From a virus (taxonomy: Duplodnaviria > Caudoviricetes): a DNA stretch of 64,000 nucleotides. Below are positions 44,440 through 53,134 of the stretch, piece after piece; position 1 is the first letter of the stretch; each line of letters starts with the position of its first letter. A program made the translations under genes and the position numbers. The stretch spans positions 7,460 through 71,459 of the IMG/VR virus record IMGVR_UViG_3300036793_000065; one strand, given 5' to 3'. The notes beneath the pieces are model-generated. The model was not told the origin of the DNA, made no database searches, and saw only the letters and a list, made by a program, of their open reading frames with translations.

Positions 44440-47400
44440 ATCGGCAAGGGGTCCAACACCACTTCGACGCAGTCAACTTCCTCTGCTGATCCGCAGGCCG
44501 CCGCGCTATACCGCGACATCCTCTCGCGCGCGCAAGGCGTCGCCTCTACCCCGTATCAGGCCTACACCGGCGATCTGACGGCGCCGATCAATTCGCAGCA
44601 GCAGGCTGGCATCGCGGGCATCAACGCCAATGCGGGCTATGCCAACCCGTACATTCAGCAGGCCGCGGGCTTGGCGGGATCGTCGACTGCGCCGATCAGC
44701 GCCAACGACATCTCGCAATATCTCAACCCGTACACCCAGAATGTGGTCGATGCGACCACCCAGCAAATGCAGCACGACAACGCCAGTGCGATGGCGTCGC
44801 TGCAGGGCAATCAGATCGCGCAAGGGGCGCTCGGGGGCAATGCGACGGGTGTCGCCAAGGGCATTCTCGCAGGCCAGCAGAATCGAACCAACGCCTCCAC
44901 GATCGCAGGCCTTTATCAACAGGGTTACACCCAGGCACTGGGCGCCGCGCAGCAGCAGCAGCAGACTGGGTTGGCCGGCGCGAATGCGCTCGCCAATTAC
45001 GGCATCCAGGGCCAGAACGCCGCGCTCGCCGGTGCGGGGGCCCAGCTCAATGCCGGAACGCTGCAGCAGCAGACCTCCCAGGCCGGCCTCGACGCGCAAT
45101 ATCAGCAGTACCTCCAGGCGCAGGCCTACCCCTATCAGCAGACCCAGTGGCTGGCCGGCCTCGGCACCGGCGTTGGCTCCAATCTCGGCGGTGTTTCGAG
45201 CGGATCGACCACCGGACCGGCGCCGAATCAGACCGCGCAGTATCTCGGCCTCGGACTGTCCGCGGCTGGCATGTTCCTGTCGGACCGTGACGCCAAGACC
45301 GACATCGAGAAGATCGGCGAGACCAACGACGGCCAGAACATCTACCGCTACCGCTACAAGGGATCGCCGCACACCCAGATCGGCCTGATCGCCCAAGAGG
45401 TGAAAGAGGATCACCCGGATGCCGTCGCGCGTGGCGTTGGCGGCATGCACTTCGTCGACCTGAAGGGTGCGACCGATGACGCGGTTTCGCGCGCTTCGGG
45501 CGGTGGCGTCGGCGGCACTCCGTATGCCGGCGTCAAGGGCTGGATTCCCGAGATGCAAATCCACGGCGGATCGGGCGCGCCTCATGCCAGCGCGCCGGGC
45601 CTCGGCAGCAGTGGGCAGCCATCCGCGCAGGACTTCAGCAAGGTCGCCAGCGGCATCACTGGTCTCGGCGGCAAGATGCAGGGCCTGGACTGGGGTGGCG
45701 CGCAGTCCGCCGGGTTCGGTGGTCTTAGCGGCGATGCCTGGGGCGGCGGTAGCTTCATCGGTGGGGGTGCCTATGGCGGATCGGGCGCGGCGCCGCTCGC
45801 GGGGCTCGATGCCTCGGATTACGGCATTGGGTTTGCCCGCGGCGGCGGAGTAGCCGGATATGCCGGCGGCGGCGCTCCCGAATTGCCGGAATGGCTGGCT
45901 GGGGACTTCAATCCGCTCGATGCACAGGCTGCGGCCGCGGAGGCCGATCGGCGGCGTGGTGTGATCCCGGGATCGCAAATGAACTTCGAGGATCGGGCAG
46001 CGCCTGCGATCGGAGCCATCGCCCGCGGCGATTTCGACCCCCAGGGCATCAACTCGACCACCTTCGAGGGAACTCCCGGGATGCAGCAGGCCAATGCCGG
46101 CTTGGTGCCGACGCCGCAACCGCGCCCGGACGCTGCCGGGCCGTCCATGGTGGCCTCGGCGGACGACGATGAGGAAATCCCCGCGGCGGCCGCGCCGGCC
46201 TCTGGGCGGGCTCCGCAGGGCGGCGCAATGGCCTTCCAGCCGGAAGGAGTGGCCGCCGCTCGCGGTTTGCCGCCGGCCATCACCCGCGCGCCGGGTTCCG
46301 AGCCGGGGTTTGGTCTGGGGCTATTGTCCCGGAACCAACAGACCGGCCTTCTGACAGCCGGGCTCAGCATGCTGGCGAATCGGTCTCCGTTCCTCGGGGT
46401 CGCGGCCGGTGAGGGCGGGCTAGCGGGCATGTCGGCCTATGGTTCGGCGCAGGAGGCTGATCGCAAGGCGGCACTGGAGGCCGAGAAGCTGTCGCGCGAG
46501 GCGCAGAACACGGCGTTCGAGCACGGCATGACGACCCGTAAGCAGGACGAGTCCGAGCGACACAACCGGGCGACCGAAAGCACCACGTTGAAGGGACTGG
46601 ACCGCACCAAGTTCGTTCCGGCTGGACAGTATATGGGCGCCGATGGTGTTTACCGGCCGGTGGCGATGGATTCCTCGACCGGGCGCCTGATCGATATGTC
46701 GAGCGGCGCTAGCGTCGGACCTGATGCCAAGGTCGAACTGAAGGGTAGCGGCAAGAATGGCGGCTTCACCGATGAAGACGCCGAGAAGCTCGCCAATCGC
46801 TACGTGAAATCCGGCGACCGCACCATTCTCCAGGGCCTCGGCACCTCGGGCGCTGCGAAGATCAAGGTCCAGCGCGCCATCGATCGCATCATGGAGCGCG
46901 AGAACATCGCGCCGGAGGATATGGCCCAGCGCACCATCGAGTTCGAGGCGCGTAAGGCCGGTTCGCGCACACTTGGCACCATGGAGGCGCGGATGGGCTC
47001 CGCGGCGTTCGAGGCCGAGGGCGCGATCAAGCTCATCCGCGGTGTCGTCGAGCGGCTTCCGCGTACTAGCTTCCTGCCGTTCAACCAGCTCATCGAGGGA
47101 TACAGCCGCAAGACGCTCAACCCGGATCAAGCTGAACTGGCTACCCGCGCGCAGGCTATCGTCAACACTTACGCGGCCGTCATGTCGCGCGGCGCCAACG
47201 TCACCACCGATTCGTCGCGCCACCATGCCGCCGAATTGCTCAATACGGCCTACGATCCAACGACCTTTAACCGCGTGCTCGACACCCTGCTCAACGAGAT
47301 CAATATGGCGAAGGGCTCGCCGGCTCGCATGCAGCAGTATTACCGCGAGCATTACGGGCCGAAGGCCGTCTCTGAGGGCACCGGCAGTGCCGGCTCCGTC

Positions 47401-47511
47401 CCGGTCCAGGGCGCCACTGCGCCCCCGCCTGGACAGCGGCAGGTCGGAACGATCTACGACACGCCGAAGGGTAAATTGAAATGGAACGGCGCCGGATGGG
47501 AGCGGCCATGA
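44440..47511 (+). CDS. DNA ejection/pilot protein, 1023 aa, with internal S74 domain; probable ATC start
   Basis: frame open from 44428; GGAGG(44430-34)-N5-ATC then GKGSNTTSTQST; Q/A/G-rich pilot region; FLSDRDAKTDI..IYRYRY..IGLIAQEV. Confidence 0.8.
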   Translation: MGKGSNTTSTQSTSSADPQAAALYRDILSRAQGVASTPYQAYTGDLTAPINSQQQAGIAGINANAGYANPYIQQAAGLAGSSTAPISANDISQYLNPYTQNVVDATTQQMQHDNASAMASLQGNQIAQGALGGNATGVAKGILAGQQNRTNASTIAGLYQQGYTQALGAAQQQQQTGLAGANALANYGIQGQNAALAGAGAQLNAGTLQQQTSQAGLDAQYQQYLQAQAYPYQQTQWLAGLGTGVGSNLGGVSSGSTTGPAPNQTAQYLGLGLSAAGMFLSDRDAKTDIEKIGETNDGQNIYRYRYKGSPHTQIGLIAQEVKEDHPDAVARGVGGMHFVDLKGATDDAVSRASGGGVGGTPYAGVKGWIPEMQIHGGSGAPHASAPGLGSSGQPSAQDFSKVASGITGLGGKMQGLDWGGAQSAGFGGLSGDAWGGGSFIGGGAYGGSGAAPLAGLDASDYGIGFARGGGVAGYAGGGAPELPEWLAGDFNPLDAQAAAAEADRRRGVIPGSQMNFEDRAAPAIGAIARGDFDPQGINSTTFEGTPGMQQANAGLVPTPQPRPDAAGPSMVASADDDEEIPAAAAPASGRAPQGGAMAFQPEGVAAARGLPPAITRAPGSEPGFGLGLLSRNQQTGLLTAGLSMLANRSPFLGVAAGEGGLAGMSAYGSAQEADRKAALEAEKLSREAQNTAFEHGMTTRKQDESERHNRATESTTLKGLDRTKFVPAGQYMGADGVYRPVAMDSSTGRLIDMSSGASVGPDAKVELKGSGKNGGFTDEDAEKLANRYVKSGDRTILQGLGTSGAAKIKVQRAIDRIMERENIAPEDMAQRTIEFEARKAGSRTLGTMEARMGSAAFEAEGAIKLIRGVVERLPRTSFLPFNQLIEGYSRKTLNPDQAELATRAQAIVNTYAAVMSRGANVTTDSSRHHAAELLNTAYDPTTFNRVLDTLLNEINMAKGSPARMQQYYREHYGPKAVSEGTGSAGSVPVQGATAPPPGQRQVGTIYDTPKGKLKWNGAGWERP

Positions 47512-50228
47512 ACCTCGCGGATCATATCGGCCAGCAGGTGCGGCGCGTCAATGTGCACCCGACCGAGGGCCAGAAACGCGCCGGCAATTACCAGAAGGGC
47601 CACATCCGCGTGCATGGGTTCGATATCACGATCGAGAACCCGAAGGGCTCCTGGCGCTCAGGATCGTCTCTGGACGGCAAGACGTGGCGCTCACAGTTGC
47701 CGCACCACTACGGTTACATCAAGCGCACCACTGGTGCCGATGGCGACCATGTCGACGTCTTCGTGGGGCCGCATCTCAAGAGCCCGCATATTTTCGTCAT
47801 CGACCAGCACAATCTGCATGGCGAGAAATCGTTTGATGAGCACAAGGTGCTGATCGGGTTTAGCTCCGTTGGGCAGGCTAAGCAGGCCTACGCGCGTGCC
47901 TTCTCCGACGGCAAGGGCCATCGCCGTGTCGGTCATCTCGCGCATCTATCGATTGACCAATTCAAGGATTGGCTACGCAACGGCAACACGCTGCGCGCGA
48001 TCAAGCGGCGTGCCGACGGCGGCAAGGTGCTGAGCGATGATGAGGTGTTCGGCAGTCCGTCGGTTATGAGCGATGCCGATGTGTTCGGCGCACCGGCAAA
48101 GCCGCCAGCGCCTGATGAAGGGAGGATCGATGCGGCGCTCCGCGGTGCGCGCGCCGGTGTGTCCATGAATTTCGGCGATGAGATCGCCGCGGCCCGCGCC
48201 AACGCTCCAAAGATTCCTGGGACCGAATTGAACGTCCCGGATTTCGTCGGCCCGATCCCGGTGCGGACGATCGCGGGCGCTGCGCGCACCGGCTACGGCT
48301 ACCTCACCGGTGACAAGGCCATCACCGACCCCTATGAGGCCGAACGCGACGCCCAGCGCAAGGCCGACGAGGCAGCCAAAGAGAATCACCCCTATCTCTA
48401 CGCCGGATCAGAACTTGCCGGTGCTATTCCAGCTATGGCGGCACTGCCGGAAGCCGGGGCAGCCAAAGCATTGGCCCCGGCGGCGCGAGGAATTGCCCGG
48501 TTCGGCGCGCGCGCGCTGGATTCGGCGATTGCTGGCGGCCAGTATGGTGCGCTCGCTGGCGCTGGCGAGGGCAAGGACGCGGCAGAGCGCGCAGTCAATT
48601 CGGCGACAGGGCTCGTCAGCGGCATCGTCGGTGGTGTCGGCGGCCACATCGTCGGGGAAGCGGTCGGTGCGCTAGGCTCGCGCTATCTATCTCCAGCCAT
48701 CAGCACGGTGCGTGGTTGGATGGACCCGAACGGAGAGGCGGCGCGTCGTCTCGCCTCCGCGCTGCGCTCGGATCAGGAGTTGATCGCCGCCGGCCGCGCG
48801 CAGGGCATGTCGCCGCAACAGTGGGCTGCTGCCCGCGCCAACGGCGAGCCAGTGACGCTGGCCGATCTCGGCTCGACCCGCACTCAGGCATTACTACGTT
48901 CCGCGGCGAACACTTCGCCAGAAGGGCGCGCGCAGCTGGAGCAGGTGCTTGAGCAGCGCTTCCTACAGCAAGGACCGCGTGTCGCGGAAACCGTGCGCAA
49001 TACGATTCCGGGCGGGCAGGCCAATGCTCGAAAGACGTCGGACGAGTTGGTGGCGGCATACGACCAAGGTCGGGTCCCAGCCTATCAGCAAGCCTATCAG
49101 CAGGGCGACCGGCCACTGATGTCCCCGGCGATGGAGCGGCTGATGGGTACTGACACATTCGTCGGCGCCATGAAGCGCGCGATCTCCAGCGGCAAGGATC
49201 GTGACGCGGTGCAGGGCCTCGGGGGCTTCAATCCGATGGTGAACGTCACTCCGGATGGCCGCATTGTTTTCAACAAGAATGCGCGCGGCATCCCGACCTA
49301 CCCCAACCTGCAATATTGGGATGCGGTGAAGCGCGAGCTAGACGCCTCGGCCAACATGGCAAAGCGCAGCGGCGACACATCGAGCACGGCGGGTCATATG
49401 GCGCGCATTCTCCGTGATGAACTCGACCGACAGGTCCCGAGCTACGCTAATGCGCGCGGCATCGCCGAGAAATATTTCGGCGAGAGCAACGCGTTGGAGG
49501 CCGGGCGCAAGCTCGCCGGCAAGAAGATGCCGGTCGAGGACGTCCAGGCCATCATGCGCAAGATGAAACCCGACGAGCGTGCGCTGTTTCAGGAGGGCTA
49601 CGCCTCCGACTACGCCGATCGTGTCATCGGCAATATGGCCGACACCACGAACATCACCAAGGGCCGCGGCATCATGGCGTCGCCCAATGAGCGGGCGATG
49701 GCGCACGCGATCTTTGGCCCCGGCGGCGCAGCGCAGCTGGATGCACGTATGCACCTGGAGCGCATCATGGATGGCGCGCGGCAGGCAATGGGCAATTCCA
49801 GCACGGCGCGACAGCTGATCGAGGCTGGGCTTGCCGGCGGCGCCGGTGCGATCATGGGCGGCACATCAAGTGGGTGGGACCCACTGAAGACGGCAGAAGG
49901 GTTCGGTGCCGGCGCCGGGATGCGGCTCGGGGCCTCGCACCTCCTGAAAGACGAACTCAAGGTCGGTGCAAAGCACCTCATCGGCAAGGTGGATGCACGC
50001 ACCGCTCGGCGCGTCGCCGAACTCCTCACCTCGAATGATCCGCGCGAGCTGCGCGCCGGCTATCAGATGGCTGCCAAGAGCAATGCGATCATGCAGGGGC
50101 TGCGATCCATCGCGAATCGTGTCGGCGTGGTAGGTTCGACCACCGCGCGCGAGCCGGCCTCGCAGGCCATGCGGGCGCTGCAAGGCCCAGTGAGCGCAGC
50201 CGCCGGCCAAGACCAGCAGCAGCCCTAG
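47508..50228 (+). CDS. ejection protein with N-terminal inorganic-PPase-like polyvalent domain
   Basis: GGGAG SD; IENPKGSWRSG..HYGYIKRTTGADGDHVDVFVG..FDEHKVLIGF, then RADGG and a helical Ala/Gly-rich body. Confidence 0.8.
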   Translation: MNLADHIGQQVRRVNVHPTEGQKRAGNYQKGHIRVHGFDITIENPKGSWRSGSSLDGKTWRSQLPHHYGYIKRTTGADGDHVDVFVGPHLKSPHIFVIDQHNLHGEKSFDEHKVLIGFSSVGQAKQAYARAFSDGKGHRRVGHLAHLSIDQFKDWLRNGNTLRAIKRRADGGKVLSDDEVFGSPSVMSDADVFGAPAKPPAPDEGRIDAALRGARAGVSMNFGDEIAAARANAPKIPGTELNVPDFVGPIPVRTIAGAARTGYGYLTGDKAITDPYEAERDAQRKADEAAKENHPYLYAGSELAGAIPAMAALPEAGAAKALAPAARGIARFGARALDSAIAGGQYGALAGAGEGKDAAERAVNSATGLVSGIVGGVGGHIVGEAVGALGSRYLSPAISTVRGWMDPNGEAARRLASALRSDQELIAAGRAQGMSPQQWAAARANGEPVTLADLGSTRTQALLRSAANTSPEGRAQLEQVLEQRFLQQGPRVAETVRNTIPGGQANARKTSDELVAAYDQGRVPAYQQAYQQGDRPLMSPAMERLMGTDTFVGAMKRAISSGKDRDAVQGLGGFNPMVNVTPDGRIVFNKNARGIPTYPNLQYWDAVKRELDASANMAKRSGDTSSTAGHMARILRDELDRQVPSYANARGIAEKYFGESNALEAGRKLAGKKMPVEDVQAIMRKMKPDERALFQEGYASDYADRVIGNMADTTNITKGRGIMASPNERAMAHAIFGPGGAAQLDARMHLERIMDGARQAMGNSSTARQLIEAGLAGGAGAIMGGTSSGWDPLKTAEGFGAGAGMRLGASHLLKDELKVGAKHLIGKVDARTARRVAELLTSNDPRELRAGYQMAAKSNAIMQGLRSIANRVGVVGSTTAREPASQAMRALQGPVSAAAGQDQQQP

Positions 50229-50278
50229 CGGGAACGGGATCAGTAGCCAGCAGGCTGCGAGCACGACGGAGAACGACA

Positions 50279-50941
50279 ATGGCAACAGTCCCGGCATCGA
50301 TCCGCTATAAAAATCCAGGCGCGATGTGGCCCGGTCCTCGTGCTACTAAGTGGGGATCGACCCACTGGGTGCAACTTATGGACAAGCAGCGCAACAAGAT
50401 CGCCGTGTTTGACGATTTTGTACACGGAGCCGCCGCGCAGTTCGATCTCTGGGCCTCGAACTACACCGGCATGACGCTGCAGGCCGCGATCAACAAGTGG
50501 TCCGGCGGCAACAGCCCCACCGCGTACGCGAACTTCCTGGAGCAGCGCACCGGCGCAAAGATCAGCGTGCCGGTGACGAAGGCGTTCCTAGCAAGCGACG
50601 CAGGATGGAAGCTGCTGAAGGCGCAGTCGCGCTGGGAGGCCGGTCAGGAAATTCCGATGACCGATGCCGAGTGGCAGCAGGCGCAGCAGCTGGTGTTTGG
50701 CGCTGGCGAGCACGATGATCCGAGCATCCCGATCCAGTCCACGGTCATCCGTCTCGGCGCGCGCGGGGAGGTTGTGAAAAAGATGCAGACCGCCCTCGGC
50801 TTCACTGGTAAGGATGCGGACGGCGTCTTCGGTCACGACTCACAGGTCGCGCTGAAGGCTGCGCAATTCACCCACGGGCTCACGAACGATGGCGTTTGCG
50901 GGCCGGCCAGCTGGGCCATGCTGAAAGTAACAGGAGCCTGA
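50279..50941 (+). CDS. endolysin candidate (lysozyme-like N-terminus plus PG-binding domain)
   Basis: SIRYKNPGAM..AINKWSGGN; C-terminal LGARGEVVKKMQTAL..DGVFG..LTNDGVCGPASWAML. Confidence 0.8.
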   Translation: MATVPASIRYKNPGAMWPGPRATKWGSTHWVQLMDKQRNKIAVFDDFVHGAAAQFDLWASNYTGMTLQAAINKWSGGNSPTAYANFLEQRTGAKISVPVTKAFLASDAGWKLLKAQSRWEAGQEIPMTDAEWQQAQQLVFGAGEHDDPSIPIQSTVIRLGARGEVVKKMQTALGFTGKDADGVFGHDSQVALKAAQFTHGLTNDGVCGPASWAMLKVTGA

Positions 50942-50942
50942 C

Positions 50943-51257
50943 GTGAACGACACGAACATTAAAAGCATTCTCACCCCCATCTTCGGCCTGATTGCCACCT
51001 ACCTCGCGACCAAGCTGAATTTTCTCGGCGTTGATCAGGCGACGTGGAACACCATCGTCGCCAGCGTCGGCTTCGGTATTGTCACCGTGATCCTGGGCTT
51101 TTTCACCAAGACCACGAATCTGATGAACACCGTGGGCGCGCAGCCGGGAACGACTGTCGTCACCACGTCGGCAAACGCCGCGGCACTTCCAGCTAATCCG
51201 GATGTTATCGCTGCAACGCCCGCTGTTGTGCAGGCGGTGAACGCTGCGAAGTCGTAG
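50943..51257 (+). CDS. holin-like membrane protein (2 TM)
   Basis: AGGAG SD; two TM segments directly after the lysin. Confidence 0.6.
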   Translation: MNDTNIKSILTPIFGLIATYLATKLNFLGVDQATWNTIVASVGFGIVTVILGFFTKTTNLMNTVGAQPGTTVVTTSANAAALPANPDVIAATPAVVQAVNAAKS

Positions 51258-51500
51258 GTGTTCACCTGGGCCGACATCATCCTGTCGGCGCTCAAGCTGA
51301 TCTCCGCGATCATCAACTGGGCGCACGACAACGGATTGATTGAACAGGGGCGGCAGCAAGAGATCGCTGCCGTCGCCGCCCAGATCGCGGACAAGGTCAA
51401 GATACGTGACCAGATCAAGGACGAAGTCGATGCGATGTCTGAGGATGAGGTGGACAAATCTCTTGCTGGCCTTGTCGATCCTCCTGCTGACAAGTCCTGA
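51258..51500 (+). CDS. i-spanin (Rz-like)
   Basis: N-terminal hydrophobic helix plus coiled coil in the lysis cassette. Confidence 0.55.
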   Translation: MFTWADIILSALKLISAIINWAHDNGLIEQGRQQEIAAVAAQIADKVKIRDQIKDEVDAMSEDEVDKSLAGLVDPPADKS

Positions 51501-51666
51501 ACAGTGCACACCGGAGCAAATCGACAGCTTCTGCGAGTTGTACACGCGGGTGATCATCAACAAGGGCGACGAGCAAATCAAAGCGTCGATCGCGGTCAAG
51601 AAGCGGCTGCTGGTGAATGAAACTCTGTTCCACAGGGTGTGCCCTGGTGGCTTGAAGAAGACTTAG
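51430..51666 (+). CDS. o-spanin (Rz1-like), overlapping; atypical lipobox
   Basis: overlaps the i-spanin 3' end; LLLALSILLLTSPEQC then DSFC..VC. Confidence 0.55.
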   Translation: MRCLRMRWTNLLLALSILLLTSPEQCTPEQIDSFCELYTRVIINKGDEQIKASIAVKKRLLVNETLFHRVCPGGLKKT

Positions 51667-51675
51667 GAATGGGCG

Positions 51676-51891
51676 ATGCTCTCACCGGAACTTTTCGAGG
51701 CGCTCAAGTCCGGCGGCGCCGCCCTGGTGCCTTTCCTCGGTCTGCTGTGGTGGATGGAGAGGGCCGAGCGGCTCAAGGAGCGCGAGGAGCACAAGACCGT
51801 AGCCAAGGACATGATTACGGCGATGGTCAAGACCGAGGCAACACTTGCGACGCTCGGGAAAATCTTTACAGCCGGGAAACTCGGCGAATGA
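51676..51891 (+). CDS. small TM plus coiled-coil protein
   Basis: AGGA SD; ALVPFLGLLWW. Confidence 0.6.
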   Translation: MLSPELFEALKSGGAALVPFLGLLWWMERAERLKEREEHKTVAKDMITAMVKTEATLATLGKIFTAGKLGE

Positions 51892-52112
51892 ATTTGTGGG
51901 CGCGGATCAAGGAAATATTCCTGCCGCAACGAGCTGACCCGACGGAGTCTCGGGAGGCCCGAGAGATTGCCCGTCGCATCGGCGAGCGCGCCGATCAGCT
52001 GAACGAGAACCTCCAAAAGTATCATCGATCCCGCGATCCATTTGCGGCAATGATGGCCGATCTCTACAACCGCGATCAGCTGTCGCGTACCTATCGAGGT
52101 CCAGACCGGTGA
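51888..52112 (+). CDS. hypothetical helical protein
   Basis: ATGA overlap. Confidence 0.55.
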   Translation: MNLWARIKEIFLPQRADPTESREAREIARRIGERADQLNENLQKYHRSRDPFAAMMADLYNRDQLSRTYRGPDR

Positions 52113-52531
52113 ACATGCAGTGGCGTCATGCGCTGGAGATCGGAAACGGGCTCTGGACGATTGTGGCGGCCTATCTCGTGGTGTTCATCGCCTACCATTT
52201 GATCGTTGTCGGGGCGCAGCGGCGCCTCAAGATCGGCGACTGGCTCAATCTCCCGCTTTCGATGCAGCTTGCGTTCGGCACATGGGTGGCCGGCGTCGGC
52301 GTGCTGATGACGCGCGCGGTGGTGTGGACCGCGCGATATTCCAACGACGGATTTTTGCAGCTTGACGATATCGAGACGGCGGTCTTCTCGCTGGGAATCT
52401 TCGTGGGGTTGGCTGGATTTTTATGCATCCTCCGCGTTGCCACCAAGCCGGTGCTTGGGCATTGGCCGTGGGTCAGCTGCCTGACCTGCTGTTCGTTCTA
52501 TCTGCTGTGGTCGCTGGCGCGGATAGGGTGA
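52109..52531 (+). CDS. 4-TM membrane protein
   Basis: four hydrophobic segments. Confidence 0.65.
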   Translation: MNMQWRHALEIGNGLWTIVAAYLVVFIAYHLIVVGAQRRLKIGDWLNLPLSMQLAFGTWVAGVGVLMTRAVVWTARYSNDGFLQLDDIETAVFSLGIFVGLAGFLCILRVATKPVLGHWPWVSCLTCCSFYLLWSLARIG

Positions 52532-52707
52532 TGCGGTGAGGCCGTAGTCATCCGGATTAATCCAGCGATCCAAATTGGCTATATCGCCAGCATGGTGGAC
52601 AGAGTGCCCTCATTCATGATCGGTGTGGTTGCGTTCGGCGTGACAATGTTCGCGTGCGCCATCTTGGCGCTGGTGCTCCACTAGGGAACGTTTCTGCAGA
52701 TGTCGTG

Positions 52708-52737
52708 TTGACATCGTGCTTACTCTGATCGTATAAG
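52708..52737 (+). promoter_or_regulatory. sigma70-type promoter of the RNA operon
   Basis: TTGACA(52708-13)-N18-TATAAG(52732-37). Confidence 0.75.
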
Positions 52738-52739
52738 CT

Positions 52740-53050
52740 CGACCCCATCGACCAATCGGGATTTCGCCGTGCAACATTTACGCACATATAGATCAGCCGC
52801 CATGCCGCTCAATCAGCGGACGTGGTCGTTTGCGTGCGAATCCGTGATCGATAGCCCCAAGGGGCGCAAAGACTAACCGGCAGCGGGCCCGCCCTCTGCC
52901 ACCCGGCAGAGAAAGACCCGCACAAAATCCCCCAGTGCGATCCTGCCAGAAGAATGCCGCTGACCGTCGCCGCGTATGCGCGTCCCGGCAGCTAGACCCG
53001 AGGTGTACGGTCGGCCATCTTGCCGAGCGTGGTTTCACAGGGTCGAAAAA
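52740..53050 (+). ncRNA. unidentified ~310 nt structured RNA heading the tRNA operon
   Basis: no credible ORF; stems CTCTGCC/GGCAGAG, GCTGACCGT/ACGGTCGGC, CCGCT/AGCGG, GCGGG/CCCGC, end pairing TCGACCC/GGGTCGA. Confidence 0.55.
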
Positions 53051-53060
53051 TGTTCTTCGT

Positions 53061-53132
53061 GCTGGCTTAGGTCAGTGGCAGACCGCGGCCCTTGTAAAGC
53101 CGATGTCCGGTGTTCGATTCACCGAGCCAGCA
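53061..53132 (+). tRNA. tRNA-Thr(TGT)
   Basis: GCTGGCT/AGCCAGC acceptor, loop CT-TGT-AA, TTCGA; 3' end CAA, not CCA. Confidence 0.9.
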
Positions 53133-53134
53133 CA

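Noticed and set aside
44671-44673. TTG start given by the ORF track
   Set aside because: No SD, and 77 coding-like codons with a typical N-terminus lie upstream in frame.
8081-46119. Long antisense ORFs (8081-9622, 14487-15350, 21170-22612, 22594-23568, 44506-46119 and others)
   Set aside because: Shadow frames of GC-rich, strongly codon-biased sense genes; no SD or recognisable motifs.
52592-52684. 30 aa hydrophobic ORF before the tRNA promoter
   Set aside because: No SD and very short; it is in frame with the upstream gene's TGA, but there is no evidence for readthrough.
52861-53050. tmRNA, RNase P or group I intron identity for the leader RNA
   Set aside because: No T-arm/ACCA acceptor piece or ANDN-like tag; no GAGGAAAGUCC; the GACTA and ATATAG group I-like words are in the wrong order.
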